DNA of 64,000 nt, taken from the NCBI RefSeq assembly GCF_964355755.1, contig NC_092672.1:28216437-28280436 (forward strand). Reading direction: 5' to 3'. Under the pieces are notes generated by a model that saw only the letters and a list, made by a program, of their open reading frames with translations, did no database searches and was not told where the DNA came from. The position numbers were made by a program, and so were the translations under genes. The DNA comes from Antedon mediterranea. Its lineage: Eukaryota > Animalia > Echinodermata. Positions 12,676 to 23,330 of this stretch are shown in pieces (positions within the stretch are counted from its first letter, which is position 1; each line of letters starts with the position of its first letter).

Positions 12676-15477
12676 ATTTTATTTTTATTTTTATTTTAAC
12701 AATATTTTATGAGGGTGGTCCATCCAGCATCAGCTGATCATTAGGGACCCTCAAACAAACAGAAAATACAAAATAAACTATAAAAACACAAAATTAACAA
12801 AGATATAAAAAATAAATATATATATATATATAAATAAAAATATACAGAATGCCAACAAAGAAAGAAGGAAAAAAAGAAAAAAAATCAGAGAGAGAGAAAC
12901 AGGTGTTTTTTCAAAAGAGATTTAAAGGAGGAGAAATTGTATGAGTTACGAATGCTTAAAGGTAGAGAATTAAAGAAAGAAAGAAAGTTTAAAGATTTCA
13001 AGGTAAGGACGAGGGATAAGAAGATCTCCTTTAGTAATTTGCCTAGTGTTCATACGGCCGTTGGAAGTTACTTTAGTTAAAAGCTGACAGATAGTAAGAG
13101 GAGCAGTGTGATGTAGAGCTTTGAAAGATAGACATGCAAGCTGAAAGAGGTATCGTTCATGGAAGGGGAGAGTCTTAGCACTGGAAAAGTGATGAGGAGA
13201 GAGATGTGTAGTGGGAGATAGATCGAGTAGTAGACGGATAGCTTTATTCTGGATTTTTTTAAGTTTAGTGGTAGAAGAAGGTTTAGAACCCCAGACAGAG
13301 CAGCAGTAGTCAAGTCTAGAAAGGAAAAGTGAATTGTACAGAAGATGAAGAGAAGATTTGTTTGTAAATTTAGAGGTACGTTTGAGTAAGTAGATAATAG
13401 AATTGAGTTTTTTACAGAGGGAAGATATGTGAGATTTCCAGGTTAGAGTATTATCAATTATGATTCCAAGGTGTTTATGAGAAGTAACAGATTGAATTGG
13501 AGAATCATTAAGAGTAAGGGTGAATGAGCATAGATTTAGTTTTTGAGATATTGAGTGTTAGTCTGTTAGATTTTAGCCAGGTAGAGAGATGAATTAGAGC
13601 ATTATTAAGATTCTGTTCAATAAGTTTAGAAGAGGAGTTAGAATAGTGGATGATGGTATCGTCAGCATGTCAACATGTAGATTAGAGTTATGAGAGATTA
13701 GAGAAGATGAAGGTCGTTAATGTAAATGGAAAAGAGAAGAAGACCAAGAGTGGAGCCTTGAGGAACTCCAATAGAAAGAAAACCAGAGGAAGAAAGAGTT
13801 TTTTCAAAAAGAACTTGTTGAGAGCGATTAGAAAGATAAGATCGGAGCCAAGAGATAGTTGAAGGAGAAAATCCATAGTAGGGTAATTTAGCAAGAAGAA
13901 TATTATGGTCAATAGTGTCGAAAGCTTTTTTGAGATCGATAAAGATAGTGCCAGTAAGTTTCTTATTATTGATATTGTGAAGCCAGTTATCATATGTGTT
14001 GGTAAGAGCAGTAAGGGTAGAATGTCGGGGACGAAATCCAGATTGAGAAGTAGATATTAAGTTATTAGAGTCAAGGTAAGAATAGATTTGTTGGGAAATA
14101 GATTTTTCAATAATTTCGGAGCAAAGAGAAAGGATAGAGATAGGCCGGTAGTTGTTAAGGTCTTTTCTTTTGCCTGATTTAAAGATAGGAAAAACTTTAG
14201 ATGTTTTCCAGGCAGAGGGAAGGCAATTAGAATTGATAGAAAGATTAAAGATAAAGGTAAGATGAGGAGCAATAATAGCAGAAGCATCTTTAAGAAATTT
14301 ACCATCAATTAAATCAGGTCCGGTAGAAGTATTGGGATTGAAGGATGTTAATTCAGTTTGGACAAAGTCTTCATCGATGCAGCTCAGAGAAAAGAAAGAG
14401 TTGCAAATAGACAGATAAGAAGACGGGTCAGGACAATTAGAGGCGTCAATGAGAGAAGAAAGCTTAACAGCATTGTTAGTGAAGAAAGAGTTGAAAGAGT
14501 CGGCAATAATTAAATGATCAGAGATGTCTGAGCCATTAATTGAAAAAGACGGAGGGAAGGTATTAGATTTAGAAGGAAGAAGATCTTTCAGGCCATTCCA
14601 GATTGTTTTAGTATTACCTTTGTTGTTATTTAAGAAAGACTTATAGTACATTGCTCTAGCATCTCGACATAGTTTAGTTACAGAATTTCTAATTTTACGG
14701 TAGTTTTTAAAGTCAATATTGTTTTTGGTTTTATAAGCTTTGACTTTTAAAGCATCTCTTTGGTGAAACATATCAAAAATGTCATGTCTATTATTGAGCC
14801 ATTTCGGCAATGTCCTTTTAAAACGTCCAGTGACATAAGGGGCAAACTTGTCGCAAATATGTGAGAATTTGGAGGTCCAAAACGTGAGTGCAGCATCGAC
14901 ATTCGTTAAGTTGTAGAGATCTTGCCAATTCTGGTGTTGAAGCTCATTTAAAAAATTGATTTCGTTGAAGTTCTTGAAAGATCTAAACGTTTTAGTGTAG
15001 TGATTCATCTTTGGTGTTTTTGATGATAAGCAGGTGTATACATATTCATGATCACTAAAGCCACAAGGAAAGACAGAAGTGTGAAGATGTAAATACTCAC
15101 AGTTTGTTAAAATAAGATCAATTGTTGATTCAGAAGTTTCAGTGATCCTTGTAGGAGTTAAAATTAACTGTTTAAGACCAAAAATATTCATAATATCATT
15201 AAGATGGTTATGGTTAGTTGATCGAGTTTGAGTGTTAATGTTAAAGTCACCAATTGCAATTAAATTACTTGATTTGTCTGACCAGAGATGAAGACAGGAC
15301 TCTAGGTCCGTAAAAAACTCAACTGGAGCACTAGGTGGTCTATAGATAGTGGTTAAGAGAATGGAACTGCCAGATGGAGGTTTGATTAATATAGCAACTG
15401 ACTCGATGCTAGCATTTTCAGGTTGACTGATCTCTTCAAAAACAATTGAATCTAGAAGATACATTGCCACACCACCA
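12676..15477 (-). mobile_element. 5'-truncated, decayed L2/CR1-group LINE (APE endonuclease + reverse transcriptase)
   Basis: ORF 13698-15560 has APE motifs (GGVAMYL, IYRPP, GDFN, TIDLILTN, SDH) and RT motifs (NYRPISILS, QSGFR, FIDLKKAFDTIDH, GVPQGS). A frameshifted ADDT lies at ~13660, followed by the C-terminal FNSLP...FKSLLK, a 3' UTR stem-loop (12711-12752) and an (AAAAAT)n tail. Confidence 0.95.
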
Positions 15478-16054
15478 CTGAGTTTTCTAGATATGAGTTT
15501 TCCAGACACCCAAATATATATTTGGGTGTACGTGGGGTGTACGTGTCTATATATACCCACCGTAACTACTGAAAAAAGTCTTCCTGGTTTTTATAGCAGA
15601 ATTTTGCCAAATTTTTTATTTGACCATTTTAAAGGAAATAAAAGTTTTTTCGTCTTGATTTATATTACAAATATTTGATTTATGTACAATAAACCAGATA
15701 TTATGTTTAAAATTCATGCCTCTACCTGAGCTTTAAATGCATTATCTACAGCTAGAAAGGAGGGCGCCTAATGGAAGGTATTTACGAATTTTGAAAAGTA
15801 AAGTGATTAGATTAGATTAGATTACATGATTATATTTAACAATTCATAAAAACATGCAATAATTTGTTTGCGATACAAAATATTTAGGCCTATCTACAAT
15901 TTTAATCATGTTATTCACATTAATTTTACTTCTTTAGTTCCAAAAGTGATATAGACATATCTAGTAAGTCTTAAAAAGAAAGTTTATTGCACCTAAAATC
16001 CATTTTATCAAATTGGGTTTAGTAAACACAAATTTGTCATGTGGAAATTTCCCG

Positions 16055-16150
16055 AATGATGGAAATCAAACGCTACTGGGTTTGGTCTACTTAGCGTTCC
16101 TGCTCCCAAAAGTTATCCATTCATACTATAAGCACTGATGAAGAAAGTCT
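16055..16150 (+). mobile_element. Arm of the MITE family seen complete at 55908-56377
   Basis: tactgggtttggtctact(t)agc..tcctgctccca..tatccattcata is shared with 55927-55980. Confidence 0.6.
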
Positions 16151-17544
16151 ATCCGTGGTGACTAATAGAGAGAAGAGAAGATTGAAATGTTTTGTTAGAT
16201 ATCGAGAATATGACATTTTTTATTGAAAATAATTGTTGTTGTTCAATTTAAGCCATTTTTTGGCACACAATAAATATTATTGACTTTGAAAATTGGATCG
16301 AAAAAGAAATGACCTACTAAAAGAAAAAAATGTTCCACCAGTAAACCATAATATTGTCAAGTCAATGGAGTTTTTGTATGCTGTTTAAACTGTATCTAGA
16401 TATATCATAGGAAAATAATTATTATGTCTTCTAGAATAATCATAATAATCATAACCTAACATATTGCCTTACCTGATACATACGTCACATGTGATACACA
16501 TGAGATGCTGTATTTCGAAATATTCCTATGATGAATAATAATCGTGGAGATACAGCACTGGGAATCAGGTATTTGTACTGAGAAAAGAAACTTTATAAAA
16601 CATAATTTTTATTGTTGAAGTATTTTATTCTGAACTAAGTGATCAAAACGGTACGGTATGATCAACTAGCGTTCGTGTTCCCACCTAATCATCAATAGAA
16701 TGAACCCGAGACCTGGCTATCTTGACTTTTAAATAATAGAAAGTTTAGAAAATTTGTGTTAGGCTAGAAATGTACGTTGTATGATGTTGCCTATGTTTAT
16801 TGAAAAAATGGTATTTTTCTAAATTAATTTGTACAAGTTGCGATGATGACGTGTACATAAAGTAAAATAGAAATAAAATAATAACAATCGTTAGTAAAAT
16901 TGTCTTAATAGTAAAGATATAAAGAAGAAAAGCAAAGAGATTATGGAGCGGCTTTACCAGAATCAAGGTTAAAATACTAAAAAATTAAGCGATCTTGTCA
17001 AAGGTAAAGCGCCAAAGGTCAAGCGACTTCAGTCTGCCACGTTTCGATATTCAATCTACTAACCGTATATTGTATTTTATTGTATTCAACGGTTCAGTGC
17101 AGTGCAAAAGAAAAATGTTGAAAGAAATAAACCGTTAAAGAATCGAATCCTCTTTAATCCATTTGCTATTTGGTACTTGGTAGGCCCACAATTTTATTAG
17201 TAGGAATTCGGTTAGCTATTTGGTGAGTTATCCTATTTTCTAGGATCAAGGATCTTATTTCCAGGCTGAAACGATTTCATTTGTTGTATATAGGTACTTT
17301 TTGTAGTGATTTTAGTGATGATTTATTCATTTGGTTTGCATACATTCAGCGAATTCATTTCTTGTATTTCACAAGACAAATATTCAAGCTAGGTCTAGCC
17401 TATTTTCGTTGTGACCATGTTTTAGTTTGTTATTTCGGCTATTCCAGTGTATGCTTAGTGAGGCTAGGGAAAGGTGGCGGACTACATTGAAGACATTGAA
17501 TAAAATGCATTATTAACGTATATATTTTTCTAACACACAGTACC

Positions 17545-18354
17545 ATGACGTCATCAAAACATGCGCATGTTTTCCTATGGTCACTTCCAAGATCCCTATC
17601 AACCGCTTTTGTCAGGAGCATGGAGAGTATTGATAATGTAGCTATATTTTATGAACCATATTGCTCTGCAGACCACTACGGCCCGGAAGGAGGACGCCGC
17701 TGTATCATGAAAAAGGAGGGTTTTCCGTATGAAATGAAGTACACGTTCGATGGAGTGAAAGCAATTCTTGAAGATAGTTCACTAGCCAATAAGTGTGTCT
17801 TTGTAAAAGATTTCGGAGACGCCGTCCACAACCGGTATGACAAAATCGCTAAAGGCTACACACACTCATTTCTTATACGACATCCAATCAAATCATTTTT
17901 GTCTTTTTACAATGGGATTGCCTCTTCTGGTGAAGAGGACGTAGATGGCGTATTCGCTAGTTTTCTTCCAGAGGATTTTGGCTATAAAGAGCTTTGGGAA
18001 CTATACTGCTACCTTGAAAATGGAGACGGCAAAAAACCAATAGTTATAAATTCAGAAGATTTGCTCAACAATCCCAAAAGAGTTCTAGAAAAATATTGCA
18101 AAGCTGTTGGATTTGAGTATAACGATGGTTTACTAAGCTGGGGCAGGACACCCAAGGTAGAATGGGACGTGGCCCAGACTCGGGCGCCTTTAGACCTTAA
18201 ATATAATTGGTCTGTAAACAGTAAAATACCCGGTGGTTTTAGGAAACGGCTATCAAAACCTATTCCCTCGATTGAGGAATTACCCAAAAAAGTACAAGAA
18301 TGCGTAGTGAAATCAATGCCATTTTATGAAAAGCTCAATGCACTTTGTCAGTGA
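17545..18354 (+). CDS. Sulfotransferase-fold protein (Sulfotransfer_5 / BCAT-like protein N-terminal family), 269 aa, intronless CDS
   Basis: N-terminal LWSLPRSLSTAFVRS (PAPS 5'-PSB-like loop), FYEPY, VFVKD, HSFLIRHP (3'-PB-like), SEDLLNNP...YCKAVG...LSW and C-terminal PFYEKL. An acceptor-like ttctaacacacag lies 4 nt before the ATG, suggesting a 5'-UTR intron. Confidence 0.88.
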   Translation: MTSSKHAHVFLWSLPRSLSTAFVRSMESIDNVAIFYEPYCSADHYGPEGGRRCIMKKEGFPYEMKYTFDGVKAILEDSSLANKCVFVKDFGDAVHNRYDKIAKGYTHSFLIRHPIKSFLSFYNGIASSGEEDVDGVFASFLPEDFGYKELWELYCYLENGDGKKPIVINSEDLLNNPKRVLEKYCKAVGFEYNDGLLSWGRTPKVEWDVAQTRAPLDLKYNWSVNSKIPGGFRKRLSKPIPSIEELPKKVQECVVKSMPFYEKLNALCQ

Positions 18355-19972
18355 ATCTGGGTACTATTAGAATTATTATTTAACAGACATTTGGTGTTCT
18401 TTTGTTAATGTGATTTAGTTTGTTATTAAGTTTAAAGAATAACTTCTATACAGTACCGGTATACGTGGTTGTATTATAGATAGAAAATAGTGAGCTTTCG
18501 CATCGGGGCGGTTAACAAAAGCGGACGGTAATTAAAAGATTAAACTGCTCATGCGTATAAAAGCACAGTACAATCCGTTCCGTTGAATATCGTGACTGTT
18601 TTTGGTCGATTTAACGTTCGGTTTAAGAAAAGACGAAGTAGGCATTTTGAAACTTTTCAACAACCAAAATATTGCATATATCGAATGCATACACGTGATA
18701 GACGGTATACCGTCCCGATGTGAAAGCTCACTAAAAGGTAGCCCTTTTGGTTAACTAATTCCAACAATCTAAACTCATTATGTGCAACATAGACATTTAT
18801 GTAGTTAAACAGTATCATTATTAATATATATTTAAATACTTTTATGACACCAAATCTGTGTCAGATTTACAACAGAAGGCCTATAACGTGATATCTGAAT
18901 TCAGTTGTTGTAGACTGAGATGTAACCCCATGCACCGGGAACCAAAATAGCAGGTTTAGTGACAGTGTTATCGTGTATTTAAAGTATTTAATACAACCAG
19001 ACTCGTTTCTAGATGACTTGCGATAGTCAACAAGACTCTATCTAGTGACAGCACCAGAATCGGGTGACTTTCTCGACGTTTCAAGCAATATGCTTCAGAC
19101 AGAGGACGATCGAAGCATATTGATGAAAACGTTTATATAACTATAAACATGGTGTACCGCAATCACCATATAACATCATCATAATCATCTTCATCATTAG
19201 TTTTCTTTTTAAATTTTACTATCTGTTTTTGTGTTCTTCTTTTTTGATTTAAGGTATGATGTTTGTTTTATTTGATTAAATAAATATGTATACAGTTTAT
19301 TTAAGTGTTTGGTCTTGCTTTCCTCTTAGTTTATGATTTTAAAAATGTCAATATATGAAATTTTGTTGCTGAAACAGCGAATTTTAAATATTTAGACAAC
19401 TTTAAGCTAGCTACATGCATATTTTCAGATTTGACAATTTTGTTAAATGAATGAAAATCAAAAATGTGAATCCTTGAATGTAAATGGCTATAGATATAAA
19501 TAATACAAAGTCAAAAATATATATGTACATTTAGCCTACGATAAAAGGATCGAAGTGAAAACTAGGGGGCCTAGACATGATGCAGTATAAGATACCATTG
19601 ATTTGTCAATTAACAACTCCCAAAAACTTTAAATATTTTGTTATAGATTGTAGATATAGGCCTACATCTGCATTTTGTACTTCTCTTAGTTCTAAAAATT
19701 ATATACTTAGTGAAAGTTGATTGTCCTAAAAGCCTTTTATCAACTTTGATAGGTTCGGAGTTAACAATAGCAAATTGGGTATTGTAAAAACAAATTTTAT
19801 GATCAGCAAATAAAATCATGAATTAGTTTATGATAAATAATAGTGGTCTAAGTTTACTGGTTTGGGGTTCTGTATTTGATTCGATTAATGAATGAAACTA
19901 CAATTTGATAAACATTTTTTTTATGTACCGGTATTACAGTTGTTCTCATCATAGCCTCTGATGGATATAGGG

Positions 19973-19974
<2 letters not shown>

Positions 19975-20051
<77 letters not shown>

Positions 20052-20052
20052 A
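19975..20052. repeat. (TA)n(TG)n microsatellite
   Basis: About 32 TA units followed by TG units. Confidence 0.97.
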
Positions 20053-20871
20053 TGTTTTTATGAATTCATAGGCAAATTACTGGAAAATTACAATGATGTG
20101 GGTTCACTGGATCTCAATGAAGATACAAATAAAATAAGCAAAAACCTAATTCAAAACGATAACATTAAAACAGCCAGAAATAAATTGTAGAGCCTTCGAG
20201 CAACACAATAGCCATTCTTCTTTTTGATGGGTAGGAGGAGAGTTTGCAGGCTTATGTAGCCTACACAGCGTTAAAAGCTTCACAACATATATAAATAAAT
20301 CCAGGCTACTGTATTACTCAATATTTTTTTACATCAAGTTTCTTCTTTAATATGATTTGTGAAAATATGTTTTCAATCAATACAATGAATCAATGTACAC
20401 TTATGTGGATAATGAAACAATGTAAAATTATAATTTTAATGGTAATGATATAATGATGATATAGTAATGAGAGAATAAATACTTTCACCCGAACCATAAA
20501 AAATCCATCCTGGCTACGGGCCTGAATTGGCTGTCGGACATAACATAGTTTAAACTTGATTGCGCTCTAAAAAAAGAACTGAATATATTAAAAAACGATA
20601 TTCAATACATAAAAAAACCTCATATGCTCAAACTATAAGTAAGCTCGCAACCTATTCTCATAAATTCAAAATTCTCATTCTGATAAAATACGCAAAATTC
20701 ATGAAACGTTGCGCAACTGTAAACAGCATCATGGTAATATTTTGTTTGTAAGTTTTTGTGAAAAGCGATACACCAAAATGGCAGAAACCGTTCTGACAAT
20801 AACGCCACGAGCAGATAACCAGAAAGTTAAACAAAAACAGTAAATTGACGTATTTAAGTTATCGAACATTT

Positions 20872-21509
20872 AAGTCTCCCTTTTCGTATATTTGGGTCTC
20901 CCTTTTCGTATAAAAGAGTTTCCCTTTTCGTATATTTGGGTCTCCCTTTTCGTATATTTGGGTCTCCCTTTTCGTATATTTGGGTCTCACTTTTTGTATA
21001 TTTGGGTCTCCCTTTTCGTATATTTGTGTCTCCCTTTTCGTATATTTGGATTTCCTTTTTCGTATATTTGGGTCTCCCTTTTCGTATATTTGGGTCTCCC
21101 TTTTCGTATATTTGAGGTCTCCCTTTTCGTATAGTGGGGTCTCTCTTTTCGTATAGTGGGGTCTCCCTTTTCGTATAGTGGGGTCTCCCTTTTCGTATAG
21201 TGGGGTCTCCCTTTTTGTATAGTGGGGTCTCCCTTTTCGTATAGTGGGGTCTCCCTTTTCGTATATTTGAGGTCTCCTTTTTCGTATAGTGGGGTCTCCC
21301 TTTTCGTATAGTGGGGTCTCCCTTTTCGTATAGTGGGGTCTCCCTTTTCGTATAGTGGGGTCTCCCTTTTCGTATAGTGGGGTCTCCCTTTTCGTATATT
21401 TGAGGTCTCCCTTTTCGTATAGTGGGGTCTCCCTTTTCGTATAGTGGGGTCTCCCTTTTCGTATTGGGTCTCGGGTCTCTGGTCTCGGGTCTCTAGTTTC
21501 GAAACACCC
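20872..21509. repeat. 22-bp minisatellite (GGGTCTCCCTTTTCGTATA-TTT / -GTG variants), ~27 units
   Basis: Tandem units are directly visible. They explain the repetitive ORFs 20859-21518 and 20892-21134. Confidence 0.95.
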
Positions 21510-22786
21510 TGCAGGCATAGTTAAAAATAAAAACCGTAAATACCTGTATACTGGAACTTAAAATAAATAAAAATTATCACAGAATAAACATTCTGTAGAT
21601 TATTCATTTTATTGTAGGCCTATTACCTCCGTTCCATTTCACACTTGACATCTAATCCTGCTTTTAATACAAATCCCCTTTCCTCATTAAATTGCATTAA
21701 AACCCCCTTCATTAAATTGCATTAAATAGGCCTACGTTTGATCTATTTAAACAATGAATAGGTCTAGAGATTGCGTCTGCGCAGCTGAAAAGGAAATCGT
21801 CCGATGCCCAGTTGGCGATTTTTTTTAAACAATTTTTTTTTTACATAGAATAATAATAGAAAAAGTTAATCTCTGTTCTTAAATATTAATACACCTCTGC
21901 TGGTACAATCGGTGAGAAAGATGGGCTTAGGGTTTTCCCAGTGCATTCCTGTACTTACGGTTTAGATAACAATATCACCATAACAATGCAAACCACGGTA
22001 TTGTTCGTTGGGTTCCGCCGCCCTGTGTCGATACGCTAAAATTCGAAGAGATACATCGAACCTGATTGGCTGCTTGAATCTCTAAACGTCAATCAAGCGA
22101 AGGTAATTATTACTGTCAGGTGACCTGCCTTTGATCTTTACTTACCTGTGCTTGTATTGTTAGTAGACACACGTGCCGATGCAACGGACCATTCCAATGG
22201 CCCGAGTCAAAACGTGGAACGTGGGAAAACCACGCCTACTAAGTCTATTGGTTGGCCCCTGTAAACATTGTGGTAAACCAAAGGATTCCTGAAACATGAA
22301 AACAATGCCGATATCTCTCAAAGTTCAATTGTGTGATAAATAAAAATACCAGACCAAATAAATTAAATTATCGTTTCTTCAGATTGTTTCTTCTCACAGC
22401 TTTTTACCGAAGACGTAACGAGACAATTTTATCTCCAACCAAATTAAATATAAATATCTATAATATAGATATATCAGTTAGAGAAAAAATGGCAAAAATC
22501 AGCACTATGGTCATGTTATAAGAGTTGTCAAAACAATATAGATTATCTGATAAAAATAATTTTTTCCATTTTTCCCCTGACAATATTTTTTAAAATGATG
22601 TTAAAGATGTATTGTCCCCCTGAATTAGTTCTAAACAATTATTTTTAAATATGCCATTTTGATGTCACGTAATTTATCCACTTTGACTAAAAATCAAAAT
22701 TGGATCGAAAAACAAATTATTTACCTGAAAAAACTTTTAAAATAAATAGTCAAATTGACTGCCAGCCAATGGGTTTTTGGTTGAAT

Positions 22787-22816
22787 CATGGACCTATAAA
22801 TTAATATAGGTCCATG
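22787..22816. mobile_element. 30-bp CATGG...CCATG palindromic insertion with 7-bp target duplication
   Basis: GTTGAAT|CATGGACCTATAAATTAATATAGGTCCATG|GTTGAAT. The paralogous repeat at ~8762 has a single GTTGAAT. Confidence 0.8.
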
Positions 22817-22985
22817 GTTGAATTTAACTATTTATTTTGTCATTTCATAAGTGAAAACACTATTTCTTGTAGTTTTTTTTTCCTACGGAAGTGATTAATA
22901 GGCCTAACTTTATTAAAATTACAAAATAACCTATTCAAAGTCTGATTTAATTAATCTTAATTTTTCATGTTTTTTGGAGACAATA

Positions 22986-23330
22986 CCGAAAATCTTCTAT
23001 TTCTAATAGTAACCCACACTCTAATATTAACCCCACTTCTAATAATAACCCACCTTATAAGTCAATCTGTAATAATAACCCACTAACCCATTTGGATTAC
23101 TACTAAAGTTCAACCAAATTTTTTTATTCGTACTGTTTTATTATTTTGCTATGAGTACCTGACCGGAAAAGTTGGGTGTGGGTTACTATTTTCAGGTACC
23201 TAATTTGAGATTAGTAATACTAATAGTAACCCACTACTCTAATAGTAACCCCACCCCCTTCTAATAGTAACCCACCCTAAAATACAATACAAGAATAATA
23301 ACCCAGGGTTACAATTAGAAGATTTACGAT
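22986..23330. mobile_element. Probable Tc1-mariner/pogo-type MITE with internal TAATAGTAACCCAC repeats
   Basis: Imperfect TIRs (ccgaaaatcttcta...gtaaccc / gggttacaattagaagatttacg) and multiple subterminal repeats. Confidence 0.5.

Noticed and set aside
15478-15560. N-terminus of the 620-aa LINE ORF
   Set aside because: It derives from flanking palindromic repeat DNA. The LINE is 5'-truncated at GGVAMYL and frameshifted near YADD, so it is not an intact autonomous copy.
20859-21518. 219-aa Lys/Arg-rich ORF
   Set aside because: It is the translation of a 22-bp minisatellite cycling through frames, with no splice or domain support.
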